From an archaeon (GTDB lineage Archaea; Iainarchaeota; Iainarchaeia; Iainarchaeales; Iainarchaeaceae), in contig JBBSVV010000003.1 of NCBI GenBank assembly GCA_038046625.1, forward strand, positions 1-64,000: 64,000 nt of DNA, read 5' to 3'. The notes beneath the pieces are model-generated. The model did not search any database. It saw only the letters and a program-made list of their open reading frames with translations, and had not been told where the DNA came from. This document shows positions 18,716-28,252 of this stretch, in pieces; the first letter of the stretch is position 1; the number at the start of each line of letters is the position of its first letter. The position numbers were made by a program, and so were the translations under genes.

Positions 18716-18829
18716 ATGATTTGCCCGAAGTGCGGTTCAAGCGAGATGGAGAAGATGCTCACAAAGGGAATCCAGTTCCGCTGCAGGGTCTGCGGTTACA
18801 GGGGCCCGATGAGTGGTGATTTTTCGTGA
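18716..18829 (+). CDS. Small Zn-ribbon protein (37 aa)
   Basis: MICPKCGS..FRCRVCGYRGP. Confidence 0.7.
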   Translation: MICPKCGSSEMEKMLTKGIQFRCRVCGYRGPMSGDFS

Positions 18830-19020
18830 AGCGGGATTCAAAGAAGATTGTGAAGTTCTGTTCCCGCTGCGGCTCAACGGATTTGAAGCCGCTTTATTTC
18901 ATGGAAGCAATCGACAATAGAATGCAGTGCATGGGCTGCAATGTGATTGAATTCCCTGTTGAGGGCACTGAAAAGTTTCGGAAAGAATTTTTGGAGGGAA
19001 GTAAAAATGCCGGCAAATAA
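18826..19020 (+). CDS. Small Zn-ribbon protein
   Basis: FCSRCGS..CMGC; GTG start after ggtgat, overlaps both neighbours. Confidence 0.75.
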   Translation: MKRDSKKIVKFCSRCGSTDLKPLYFMEAIDNRMQCMGCNVIEFPVEGTEKFRKEFLEGSKNAGK

Positions 19021-22000
19021 CGAGGAAATCGGCACGGTAATAAGCAGCATGGATGGCCCTTCGCCGAGCGCATTGGATGTTGTTATTTATTCCGGAAAAT
19101 TGCACCGCGGCCAGTTCGTTGAATTGGATTACAGTGAAGGAACCCTGGTTGCGCTTGTAACCGATGTAGTGAAAACAAACAGGTATTTTGAGCGCGTTGA
19201 ATCCGTGAAGGAGTTCGAGCGTTCCGGCACGAAATTGTTCGAGCAGTTTCCTACTGCGGAGTGGGAATACCTTGTTGCAAAAACAAGGCCGCTTGGAGTT
19301 TATGATAAGGGCTTGATTAAGCGCTCGACTTTTCCGCCTTCACCGGGCACAAAGGTTCGGGTTGCGGAGAAGGAAACGCTTGAAAAGTTTTTGGGCCTTG
19401 ACCTTGAAAAGGGTTTGATGCTTGGGGAAATCGAGCACCACGGGGTTTTTGTGAAATTAAATCTCTCCCGCCTTTTCCAGAAGCATCTTGCGATTCTCGC
19501 AATGAGCGGCGCCGGGAAAAGCTATTTGGTTTCTGTTTTGCTCGAGGAATTGTTGGAGAGGAAGAAGGAGGATGGGCGCCTCGCTGTGATTGTGATGGAC
19601 GCGCACGGCGAATACCGTTCTTTTGCCGAGCCTGTTCCCGACAAGAAGCACAGCGATTTTTCCTCAAAATCCAGGTTTGTGCGCGCCTCGGAAATCCAGA
19701 TTGGTGTCCCAAAGCTTTCAATCGGTTTGCTTGCCGCGCTGATTCCTGGCCTTTCGGCGCCGCAGAAGCGTGACCTCGCAAGGGTTATTGAAAGATTGCG
19801 CAAGGAAATGAAAGATGGCCTCGGGCCCTTTGACTTCAATGCGGTAAAGGCGGAGATTATGAAGGATTCTGAAATGAAGGAAGTAACAAAGATGTCTCTA
19901 ATTGGGTGGATAATGTCCCTCGAGCAGCTTCACTTGTTTGGCAAGACTGATGCGCCCGGAATCAGCGATTTGGTGAAGCCGGGGCAGCTTACAATAATTG
20001 ATTTGAGCGACGTGATTGACCTTAAGAAGAAGCAGATTATTGTCGCGTATTATGCGCGCAAACTTTTTGATGAGAGGCGCGCAAAGCGTGTTCCTCCTTT
20101 CAGTATTGTTGTCGAGGAAGCGCATCAGTTCGCACCAGAAAGGGTTTCAAAAGAAGGTTCCATCAGCAAGCACGTGATTGAAACCATTGCCAGAGAAGGA
20201 AGGAAGTTCGGTGCGAGCATCTGTCTGATTTCGCAGAGGCCGGTTAACCTTTCAACTACGGCTTTGAGCCAGTGTGTTTCACCAGAAACTCAAGTGATTC
20301 TTTCAGACGGGCAGGAGTGTGCCATATCAGATTTCGAAAATAATTATTCCAAGACAAAATTAACAAGCTGCGATATTGAGAAAGGCAAATTGGAAGGGGC
20401 ATATATTTCGCATTATCAAAAAAATAATCCAAAGCAACAGGGGAAAAAATGCTTTGAAATAACTACTGTCGCAGGAAGACAATTAAAATGTACAGGCGAC
20501 CACCCAATTTGGACAAAGGGAAAAGGATGGGTTAATGCGGCGGATTTAACTTTCAGCGATAAGGTGGCTATATTGCCGACAATTAAATCATATCCAGGGA
20601 CTCCTGTTCTTGAAATATCTTCTGACTGCCTATCAGGTCTACTGCCTTCAACAATTAACAAGCAAAGATTGTTTGAAGAATTACAAGAAAAAGGTTTAAT
20701 AGATAAAGAAATAGAACCTCAAAAGATATTGGCTTTGGCGAGGCTCATCGGCCATATTTTTGGCGACGGTTCCCTGCATCCGCCTTACAAAAACAAACAG
20801 GGGCAGCATTCGCTGCGAATTACATTTTCAGGTTCGGAAGAAGATTTGCAGGAAATAAAAAACGATTTGGCATTTCTAGGCTTTAAGTCTGATCAAAAAA
20901 TAAGCAGGCAAGTCAAAACTTCATATTCAAACTTTGTAAATTTTGGAAAAAGAAAAATTCACGGAACCTCAATATGTTTCAAAACTGGCATTGTAGGGCT
21001 TTGGGCTATTTTAAGATTTTTGGGAGCTCCATTAGGGGATAAATCAAACACTAAAGTTTGTATGCCTAAGTGGATTTTAGATTCTCATATTTCCGTCAAA
21101 AGGGAATTCCTCTCATCTTTGTGCGGAAGCGAATGTTCTGCGATAAGGTGGGACGGAAAATATCCTGATAGGCCTATTCTCCCATTTTCCAAGGTTGAAT
21201 CGTTAAGCGGGAGCGGGCATTTGTATGCAAATAGTCTTATTTCTATGTTTCAAGATTTTGGAGTCAAGTCAAACTTATATGTAAGAGATTATGTGTGGAG
21301 AAAAGATGGCGCAAAAAGTCTGCAATTTATTATTTCGATAAATAGGTCGCGAAATAATTTGATTAATTTCTTGTCAAATGTTAACTATCGTTATGCTGTT
21401 AAAAAAAGAAGTGCGGGTTTGCATGTCTTAGAATATTTAAAATGGCTCAACATAAAACTTAATCAGAAAACAGGGCTGTTCAGCGAAGTAAATAAATCTG
21501 TCGGCGAAGTTGGTTCCAAGCAAACTTCATTGATTTATAAAATGCATAAGAAAGTTGTTGAAAACTGGGCAAGTATGGGTGTTGAAAAGTTACGACTCGC
21601 CCCGGCAGATAAAATACCCGCTTATTCGTATTGGATAAAAGAAAAAACAGAGTCTCTTTCGGCTGGTTTAATTTGGGACGATGTAGAATATATTGAGCCC
21701 ATTGTGCTTTCTGACGTAAGAGATATAACTGTTCCAAATCATCATTGTTTTTTTGCTAACGGATTTTTGACCCATAACTGCAACACCCACATTATTCTCC
21801 GTGTTACTAATCCTTATGATTTGGACCACATCAAGCAGACCAGCGAGGGCATTGACCAAAGGACTGTTGACATGATTACTTCTCTCAGAACAGGCGAAGC
21901 CATAATTGTGGGCGAAGCCGTGAATTATCCCGTGTTTTTCAAGGTGCGCAAAAAAACCGTGCAGGATTCGCGGCACGAAAAGTCCCTCGAGGCTTCCGCT

Positions 22001-22057
22001 CTGGAGTTTGAGGAGAACCGCGAGGAAAGGACAAAAGAACTTGATGATTTGCTGTGA
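19007..22057 (+). CDS. herA: HerA-family ATPase/translocase containing an intein
   Basis: HLAILAMSGAGKSY, DAHGEY, VEEAHQFAP, REGRKFG, SQRP, SQ|CNT. Confidence 0.92.
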   Translation: MPANNEEIGTVISSMDGPSPSALDVVIYSGKLHRGQFVELDYSEGTLVALVTDVVKTNRYFERVESVKEFERSGTKLFEQFPTAEWEYLVAKTRPLGVYDKGLIKRSTFPPSPGTKVRVAEKETLEKFLGLDLEKGLMLGEIEHHGVFVKLNLSRLFQKHLAILAMSGAGKSYLVSVLLEELLERKKEDGRLAVIVMDAHGEYRSFAEPVPDKKHSDFSSKSRFVRASEIQIGVPKLSIGLLAALIPGLSAPQKRDLARVIERLRKEMKDGLGPFDFNAVKAEIMKDSEMKEVTKMSLIGWIMSLEQLHLFGKTDAPGISDLVKPGQLTIIDLSDVIDLKKKQIIVAYYARKLFDERRAKRVPPFSIVVEEAHQFAPERVSKEGSISKHVIETIAREGRKFGASICLISQRPVNLSTTALSQCVSPETQVILSDGQECAISDFENNYSKTKLTSCDIEKGKLEGAYISHYQKNNPKQQGKKCFEITTVAGRQLKCTGDHPIWTKGKGWVNAADLTFSDKVAILPTIKSYPGTPVLEISSDCLSGLLPSTINKQRLFEELQEKGLIDKEIEPQKILALARLIGHIFGDGSLHPPYKNKQGQHSLRITFSGSEEDLQEIKNDLAFLGFKSDQKISRQVKTSYSNFVNFGKRKIHGTSICFKTGIVGLWAILRFLGAPLGDKSNTKVCMPKWILDSHISVKREFLSSLCGSECSAIRWDGKYPDRPILPFSKVESLSGSGHLYANSLISMFQDFGVKSNLYVRDYVWRKDGAKSLQFIISINRSRNNLINFLSNVNYRYAVKKRSAGLHVLEYLKWLNIKLNQKTGLFSEVNKSVGEVGSKQTSLIYKMHKKVVENWASMGVEKLRLAPADKIPAYSYWIKEKTESLSAGLIWDDVEYIEPIVLSDVRDITVPNHHCFFANGFLTHNCNTHIILRVTNPYDLDHIKQTSEGIDQRTVDMITSLRTGEAIIVGEAVNYPVFFKVRKKTVQDSRHEKSLEASALEFEENREERTKELDDLL
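20273..21778 (+). mobile_element. Intein with LAGLIDADG endonuclease domain (502 aa) in HerA
   Basis: SQ|CVSPET..CTGDHPI..LIGHIFGDG..FANGFLTHN|C; removal restores LSQCNT; AT-rich. Confidence 0.93.
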
Positions 22058-22207
22058 TCATCGTTCTGAAGTTTTCTGCCCGGACTTTTTTGCTGCATAA
22101 AATTTATTCATGAATTGAGTTTGTGTGCAACCTGTTGTCCTTCAGCTCCGCACCGGCAATGTGCCCCCCTTCAAAATCGCTTTTAAAGCCGGAATCCAAA
22201 CTCCTGT

Positions 22208-23707
22208 ATGCTCCCAATTGGAAAGACTTTCCTGTCCCGCATCACTTACCTTTCGGAAAAGAGGCAGGTTGTTGCGGAGTTCTCGAATTCCTCGGAAAAA
22301 ATTTCCAAGCGTTACTCTTTCTTTCCCCGTATGCATTTCCCGATGGAGGGGATTTCACAGGGTTCGCTGAAGGAGGTTTTGTCGCTTTATGATTCCAGGC
22401 GCTTCAAGGTTGATTTTGAGGAAAACCGTGCCGTGATTTTTGCCGCCACGTTTTCCGACCTGAAAAAAATAAATAATTTGCTTTCGGATTCCCTGGGCTT
22501 TTCCTCGAACCTCATTGAGCCTGAGAGGCAGTTTCTCATTGACAGGGGCTGGAGCTACTTTGATTCTTTCACTTTTTCTGCGGATGAGCCGCAGAGGGTT
22601 TCATCGCTTGATTTTCCTGATGTGGCGCTCGGCTTTCTCTCCGATTCCCTGCCCATGACGATGCGTGACCTCATTTCATCCAACAGGCAGCTGGCCAGGG
22701 AAATCGCGGGCCGCGTTTCCATGTCGAGGGTACTGCGTATCCCCCTATTGTCTTCGGAAATGCACAGGGCCGCTCCGGAGGTTTTTCTGGAGAATGTTTT
22801 TTTCGCTTCAAAAATGCCTGTCCCCATTTCTCCGGAAAAAAAGCAAAGCATTCCGTTGAGGGTTCCGCATAAGACGGAAATAGATTTTTCCGCGGTTACG
22901 CCGCTGCTCTTGTGCAGGCCGTTCTCGAATGCAGGCCCGGAGACAGTGAACTGTGCCTGCTGCAGGCCGGCTTCGCTGAATGATTTCAATGTCCTTGCGG
23001 ATACAATTGTGAAGGCGCGTTTTTTGCGCGAGGGCGCGTATTTCAATTCCGCGTCTTCTTTTTGGGCGGAGCAGTTCCACGTTTCAGGCCGGGACAAGGA
23101 TGCCAGGTCAAGGAGGCGCGCCGAGTATAATTACCAGTTTTTTCCCGTGGGGCCTTTTTCGCGGAATGAAACGGCGGAAATTCTTTTGGCGGATGCCGTT
23201 GAGCTGCAGGGGCAGGGCATTGCCGAAATTCTCGGCGTAACGGGGTGGAGCTGGTTTTGTTCACAGAAGGAAAGCGCATTTTCAAGGGAAACGAATGCCC
23301 TGCGCGAAACCATTTCTTCCCTTGAATCTTCCCTGGATAAGGAGCATACTTCCGTTGTTGCATCAAATGGCCTGTTTTTTTCGCAGGCGCTCGAGGCGCG
23401 GCTGGATTATTTTTATAGGAAGATTTTCCTCGAAACCGCTTCCTCGATTTTGTGTTCGGTTTCCGGCGTGCTTTCCGACAGGTCTTCGGGCTTTTTCTCC
23501 CCAAAAATAGCTGTTCTGCTGGAAGTTGCTTCTTTCCGCATCCTCAAAGGTTTTGAGGAAATATGCTCCTCGAACGGCATTGCAAGGGTTTCCACGGGAC
23601 CTTCAAAAGCCTTTGTGGACTCTTCCTCGGTTACGCGCATTTTGAAGGATTTTTCCGAGGCATACAAGTTGAATAGGCCGTTTGTAAGGCTCAAAACCCG
23701 TTTTTAA
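22208..23707 (+). CDS. Degenerate family-B DNA polymerase-like protein, probably inactive
   Basis: EIDFSAVTP..NAGPETVNCACC resembles motif A region; WFC; no YGDTDS. Confidence 0.65.
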   Translation: MLPIGKTFLSRITYLSEKRQVVAEFSNSSEKISKRYSFFPRMHFPMEGISQGSLKEVLSLYDSRRFKVDFEENRAVIFAATFSDLKKINNLLSDSLGFSSNLIEPERQFLIDRGWSYFDSFTFSADEPQRVSSLDFPDVALGFLSDSLPMTMRDLISSNRQLAREIAGRVSMSRVLRIPLLSSEMHRAAPEVFLENVFFASKMPVPISPEKKQSIPLRVPHKTEIDFSAVTPLLLCRPFSNAGPETVNCACCRPASLNDFNVLADTIVKARFLREGAYFNSASSFWAEQFHVSGRDKDARSRRRAEYNYQFFPVGPFSRNETAEILLADAVELQGQGIAEILGVTGWSWFCSQKESAFSRETNALRETISSLESSLDKEHTSVVASNGLFFSQALEARLDYFYRKIFLETASSILCSVSGVLSDRSSGFFSPKIAVLLEVASFRILKGFEEICSSNGIARVSTGPSKAFVDSSSVTRILKDFSEAYKLNRPFVRLKTRF

Positions 23708-23718
23708 CAACCCTTTCG

Positions 23719-23768
23719 CGCCGGAAACCGCCGGCGGTAGGGCGACTATCTTCGCTTTGCTCGATAGT
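23719..23768 (+). repeat. Repeat family A copy (intergenic)
   Basis: cgccggaaaccgccggcggta-gggcg-actatcttcgctttgctcgatagt. Confidence 0.88.
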
Positions 23769-23852
23769 AAGGTATTACGCTCGGAACTACCTTTTTTAAT
23801 TCTTTGCGTAGGAGTATTGGTAGATTAATAACTCGTTTTTTGAGTGTTTTTG

Positions 23853-24059
23853 ATGGCTAAATTAACCCGTTTTGAAGTGACGCGCCTGATTAGTGCGAGG
23901 GCTTTGCAGCTTTCCTTGGGGGCGCCGGCACTCTCTAAATCAGAAAAAGAAGGGACCCCGATTGATATGGCGCGCGATGAGTTCGCGAAGAAGGTAATTC
24001 CTCTCGCGGTTTTGAGGGAGTTTCCCGACGGGCACGTTGAAAGGGTTGAGGTGAACTGA
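23853..24059 (+). CDS. rpo6: RNA polymerase subunit Rpo6 (K)
   Basis: LTRFEVTRLISARALQLSLGAP..IPLAVLR. Confidence 0.95.
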   Translation: MAKLTRFEVTRLISARALQLSLGAPALSKSEKEGTPIDMARDEFAKKVIPLAVLREFPDGHVERVEVN

Positions 24060-24254
24060 ATGGGCAAGGCCGTTCCGAAGAACATCAAGAGCAAGGCCAA
24101 CACCTTGATGAGCACTTACCCTGACAAGGTTTCAAAGGATTTTGAGGCCAACAAGGTTTTCATTGATTCTTTCAAGATGCCTTTGAGCAAGGAGGAGCGC
24201 AATTTGGTTGCGGGCTTCATTGCGAGGACGAAAGCCAAGGCGTCAAGCGCCTGA
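24060..24254 (+). CDS. rps17e: 30S ribosomal protein S17e
   Basis: MGK..IK..YPD..DFEANK..SKEERNLVAGFI. Confidence 0.92.
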   Translation: MGKAVPKNIKSKANTLMSTYPDKVSKDFEANKVFIDSFKMPLSKEERNLVAGFIARTKAKASSA

Positions 24255-26288
24255 GATTTTTGTTGTCCCGTCATTTTCTTTTTCCCTTTCAAGCACGTAA
24301 AGCTTTCCTGATGCCGCATTCTCCATTTCCTTGTCATGCGTGATAATGAATATCTGCTCAATGAGTTCGGGCAGATGGTTGCGCATCATTTCGCTTAACT
24401 CGTGCACGGCATTCGAATCCAAATTATGAGTGGGCTCATCCAGCATTATCCATCCAAGGTTCTGCGTGAGGACCAGAGAAACCGCTATCCGGATTGTTAT
24501 GGCCGCGGCAGTCCTTTCACCTCCGGAAAGTATTCCCTCGACGCGTATCCACTCGCCGTTCCTTTGCCTCGCCATTATTTCGTAGCTGCCTTCATCCACA
24601 ATTATTTTTGCGCTTGTTAAGTCCTTGTAAGGATAAACTTTTTCCCAGATTTCGTCCATTGCGTCGTTTATCGTTTCTATCATTGCGTTCCTCAGTTCGG
24701 CCTGTGTCGCTTTTAGCGCCTGCGTGAAGAGCGCGAGTTTTTCAACCGCGGTTTCGTTTGCCTTTATTGTTTTTTCGAGTTCTTTTGCCTGTTCAATGCC
24801 GCGCTTCATCATTTCCGCATTGTCGCGCATCTGCTTCAGAAGTTCTGAAGCAGCGCTTATTTCCGAGCTTGCTTTTGCCTTTTTTTCCCTGAGCAAAGCC
24901 ATTTCTTCCCTTTGCCTGGCCATTTCCTTTTCGTCAAACCCTGTTTTGCGGATCATTTCCAGTGTTTGTTTGAGTTCCTTTTCGAGCGCGCTTTTCTGCT
25001 TTTCCTTTGCCTCCGCCTCTTTCGCGGCCTCGAAGATTTTTTTTGTTTCCTCGAGCTCCTGCTCGGTTTTCTTTTTGGCTTTTTTGTGCGCGTCTTTTTC
25101 CTTTTCGCGTTCCTCGAGCTCCTTTTCGTTCCTTTCGGTCTCTTCCTGAATTTCCCTTATTTTTGCGGTTATTTCGCGCTTTTGCCCCTCTAGCTCCTTT
25201 TCCAGCTTTTTCTTGTCATGCTCTTCCAGCGGCCTTTTGCACACGGGGCACTCGCTTCCCAGTTTTCCAGTTTCCTTTGCTGCCCTTGCGTTGGATTCGA
25301 GCAGGTTTTTTTGGACCGCGAGCCTCTGCCTTGCCTTGGAAATTTTTTCCATTGTTTCTTTCGCGTTTTTTTCCGCCTTCAGGATTTTTTCCTCAATTTC
25401 CGAGTTTTCCTTCTGCTTTTCGCGCAACTCCTTCTCGGTTGCCTTTTTTTCCCCGATTTGTTTTCCAATCCTTTGGATGTCCTCTTTCAGTGCTTCCGTT
25501 CTGGATTTCGTTTTTATTTCGAGTTCTTTAAGGAGGCGGTGTTCTCTTTCCTTTTTTTCCTGCTCCCCGAATTTTTCATCCTTTTGCTTCAGCTGCTTTT
25601 CGGTTTCCCCGAGCGCAACTTTTTTTTCCATGGCTTCTTTTTCCTTTTCCCGGATTTTTGTCTCGCGTTCCGCGAGCTCCTTTTCCGTGTCGCGCTTTTT
25701 GTGTTCCATGAGGAGGCTTTTCCTGTCTTCCGCCATTTTTTTTATCCGGTTTGCCAAAGTAACCGCGTTGGTGCGAACTTTTTCATAGCGGTCCAGGCCG
25801 AGCAGTTCATCGAATTTTTCCTTTCTTTGCGCGGGGCTCAGCTTCAGGAAGAAGTCTATTTGGTTTTGTTCGGAGTATATTGCGCGGCTGAACAAATCGT
25901 AGTTCACTTCGAGTATTTCCTCTATTTTTTTGGTCACTTCGCTTGTTTTTGGCCCGGCAATTGTTTTGCCGTTTTCCTTTAGGCTTGCCTCGTTGATGCC
26001 GTTCCTTTTCAGCGTCCTTTCCACAAAGTATTCTTTTTTGTTGTAGTCGAACTCCATTTTCACTACGCTTTTTTCCGCCCTGAACGGCTTTGCCATTATT
26101 GTTTCGTCGAGGCTGACCTTGCGCGCGTTAAGGCTCGGGAAGGTGCCGTAAAGTGCGAAGCATATGGCGTCTGTTACCGAGCTTTTTCCCGCGCCCATTT
26201 TTCCCACTATGACGTTCGTTCCCTTCACGAATTCCAAGTGGTTTTGGTGGTGGGTTTTCCAGTTCTCGAGGTAAATGCTTTTTATCAT
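24243..26288 (-). CDS. rad50: Rad50-like SMC-family ATPase (compact)
   Basis: GKMGAGKSS, CPVC zinc hook, LSGGER, MLDEPTHNLD, ITHD. Confidence 0.88.
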   Translation of the reverse strand: MIKSIYLENWKTHHQNHLEFVKGTNVIVGKMGAGKSSVTDAICFALYGTFPSLNARKVSLDETIMAKPFRAEKSVVKMEFDYNKKEYFVERTLKRNGINEASLKENGKTIAGPKTSEVTKKIEEILEVNYDLFSRAIYSEQNQIDFFLKLSPAQRKEKFDELLGLDRYEKVRTNAVTLANRIKKMAEDRKSLLMEHKKRDTEKELAERETKIREKEKEAMEKKVALGETEKQLKQKDEKFGEQEKKEREHRLLKELEIKTKSRTEALKEDIQRIGKQIGEKKATEKELREKQKENSEIEEKILKAEKNAKETMEKISKARQRLAVQKNLLESNARAAKETGKLGSECPVCKRPLEEHDKKKLEKELEGQKREITAKIREIQEETERNEKELEEREKEKDAHKKAKKKTEQELEETKKIFEAAKEAEAKEKQKSALEKELKQTLEMIRKTGFDEKEMARQREEMALLREKKAKASSEISAASELLKQMRDNAEMMKRGIEQAKELEKTIKANETAVEKLALFTQALKATQAELRNAMIETINDAMDEIWEKVYPYKDLTSAKIIVDEGSYEIMARQRNGEWIRVEGILSGGERTAAAITIRIAVSLVLTQNLGWIMLDEPTHNLDSNAVHELSEMMRNHLPELIEQIFIITHDKEMENAASGKLYVLEREKENDGTTKISGA

Positions 26289-26397
26289 GCGAAAGAATTA
26301 GGTCTGGAAAAAGTTAAAATGGGAGTCTTGTGCCTTTTTGGGATTTATAGCAGGCCAATAAAATATTTTGGCGATATTTTTGGTCTGCTATCTAGCA

Positions 26398-26445
26398 CCT
26401 GGCAGAGCAAAGCTCTGCCGGGCCTCGTACCCTACGGGTAGAAGG
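26398..26445 (+). repeat. Two-hairpin repeat family C
   Basis: cct-[ggcagagc aaa gctctgcc]-gggcctc-[gtaccc tac gggta]-gaagg; 20 nt identical in reverse complement to 38292-38311. Confidence 0.75.
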
Positions 26446-26487
26446 AACCACATTAAAATGCCGAAAACTTTCGTGGTTTGCTATAAA

Positions 26488-26751
26488 TCAGAGCAGCGTC
26501 ATACCCTCTATTTCCGCGTCCTCTACTTCTTTTAGTTTTTTCACTTCTTCAAGAACGCGGTCAATTGCCTTCTCGTCTTTCGAGTTAACCAGTATGCCGG
26601 CTTTTATTACTTCGACGCCGAAGCCTATTGGTTCGCGTTTCACGTCCTTTACTTCGCCGCTTTTTATGCCCTTTACTGCCTTTACCGTTGCGTCAAGTTT
26701 TTCCAGGTCTTTGGCGTTTATTTTGAGAATTAGAAGCGTTTTGTCCGGCAT
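26488..26751 (-). CDS. ef1b: Elongation factor 1-beta
   Basis: REPIGFGVEVI; preceded by the usual Zn-ribbon gene. Confidence 0.9.
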   Translation of the reverse strand: MPDKTLLILKINAKDLEKLDATVKAVKGIKSGEVKDVKREPIGFGVEVIKAGILVNSKDEKAIDRVLEEVKKLKEVEDAEIEGMTLL

Positions 26752-26778
26752 CTTATCACGGGCTCAAATTAGGGCTGC

Positions 26779-26934
26779 TTACGGGCCTTCGAATCCGCAT
26801 TCTTTGCACTTGTATACGAGGCTTCTTTTGCGCGCATCCAAGCTGCGGTCTATTTTTGTGCCGCATCCAGGGCACTTGAACTCAATGAAATCGTCCGTGA
26901 GAATTTTGTTGGTTGTAATGCATGTTTTTATCAT
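26779..26934 (-). CDS. DUF1610-type Zn-ribbon protein (51 aa)
   Basis: MIKTC..FKCPGCG..YKCKECGFEGP*. Confidence 0.88.
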   Translation of the reverse strand: MIKTCITTNKILTDDFIEFKCPGCGTKIDRSLDARKRSLVYKCKECGFEGP

Positions 26935-27010
26935 TGAAAAAACCTTATTTTTAGCGGCATTATTTGTCTAGTATTCTCTATTGAGTTACCTTTAAAAAGG
27001 TTGATTTCAG

Positions 27011-27058
27011 CCTTTTTCTTTCTTGCGAGAAAGAAAAACGCTGGCGAAAAAGAAAGAG
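27011..27058 (+). repeat. Repeat family B copy
   Basis: cctttttctttct-tgcg-agaaagaaaaa-cgctggcg-aaaaagaaagag. Confidence 0.75.
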
Positions 27059-27119
27059 ACGGGGCATATTTTTGGCCATAGAACCTTTAATTAAGTGTTT
27101 TTCACCCATTTTTTTGCAC

Positions 27120-27156
27120 GGGCCCGTAGCTCAGCCAGGATAGCGCCCACCTCCGC
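27120..27156 (+). pseudogene. Orphan 5' half of a tRNA-Arg-like gene
   Basis: GGGCCCGTAGCTCAGCCAGGATAGCGCCCACCTCCG; TATA-like tttaattaa at 27086-27094; no T arm or 3' acceptor strand follows. Confidence 0.75.
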
Positions 27157-27302
27157 AATCGAATTTTTTCCTAAGACTCGGATTTTCTCGGCTTAAACCT
27201 TTGCACACTTCAACCCCTGCTTTTGGTGCAAAGGGTTTAATGCCTCCAAAACCCGCAAGACGTCTTTCGGAAAAAATTTCATCATTTAGCGGAGGTGGTC
27301 AA

Positions 27303-27416
27303 ATGGTCGAAATTCCGATTCCAAACAAAGAAGAAATAGATTTAGCAGTAGAGGCTGAAGAGTTGACGGACAGGGAACTGTGGATTCTTAGCAAGTTTGG
27401 AGGTGATTTTGAATGA
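27303..27416 (+). CDS. Small acidic ORF (37 aa) coupled to the endonuclease
   Basis: SD ggaggtgg; MVEIPIPNKEEIDLAVEAEELTDRELWILSKFGGDFE*; ATGA overlap with next gene. Confidence 0.65.
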   Translation: MVEIPIPNKEEIDLAVEAEELTDRELWILSKFGGDFE

Positions 27417-28252
27417 ATCTCGCATCGGCAATCAGCCCTCTAAAATTGTATAATAATGCTTCAGAAGTACCTGCCATTATGGGCTTTGATTTTTCGTCAG
27501 ATTTGGCCGAGGTTTGCGGCATCCATGCGGGCGACGGATACCTTCGTAATGACGGAAAAAGAAGGGAGCTAGACATCAGCGGCGGCATTGATGAAAAGGA
27601 ATATTATGATTCGCATGTCGTGCCTCTTTTTGAACGAGTTTTTGGAATAAATATTACTCCAAAATTTTTTCCAAAACGTCATACTTACGGTTTTGTAATT
27701 CGCGACAGAAACATTGTTGAGTTTATGCACTCGCTTGGGTTTCCTTATGGGGCAAAAACTTTCACAGTTTCAGTTCCTGAATTTGTTTCCAATTCCAAAA
27801 ATTTGGATATACTATATAGTTTCATTAGGGGCGCTTTTGACACAGATGGTTGCCTAGCTTTTCAAAAGAAAGTGGGAAGCGGCTATAAAAGTGAAGTAAA
27901 GAGGAAGCACTCCTTTCCTGTAGTTCAGATAAGTATCTGCTCTAAACCATTTTGTGATGGGCTGTGTTCACTTTTCAGGAAAACCGGTTTTAACTGCAAA
28001 GTTGTCATGCAGAAACCTACTTATGACTATCAACACGTGAAATATGCCTTGTATTTGAGGGGTTATTCTAATCTTAAAAGTTGGATGCGCAACATTGGGT
28101 TCAAAAATACTTCAAAACTATCGCGCTATGAGGTTTGGGAGAAATTCGGTTTTTGTCCTACTAACATTTCTTTTGAGCAGAGAAAACAAATATTAAATAA
28201 TGAACTTGACCCCAATTCCTTCTATAAGCATGGGCTCGTCGCTAACGGATAA
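27413..28252 (+). CDS. Free-standing double-motif LAGLIDADG endonuclease; stop codon inside tRNA-Arg
   Basis: LAEVCGIHAGDGYL and FIRGAFDTDGCL; SD ggaggtgat; AT-rich. Confidence 0.9.
   Translation: MNLASAISPLKLYNNASEVPAIMGFDFSSDLAEVCGIHAGDGYLRNDGKRRELDISGGIDEKEYYDSHVVPLFERVFGINITPKFFPKRHTYGFVIRDRNIVEFMHSLGFPYGAKTFTVSVPEFVSNSKNLDILYSFIRGAFDTDGCLAFQKKVGSGYKSEVKRKHSFPVVQISICSKPFCDGLCSLFRKTGFNCKVVMQKPTYDYQHVKYALYLRGYSNLKSWMRNIGFKNTSKLSRYEVWEKFGFCPTNISFEQRKQILNNELDPNSFYKHGLVANG

Noticed and set aside
24724..25982. Long + strand F/S-rich ORFs
   Set aside because: Antisense shadows of the K/E-rich Rad50 coiled coil; the same applies to most overlapping ORFs in the track.
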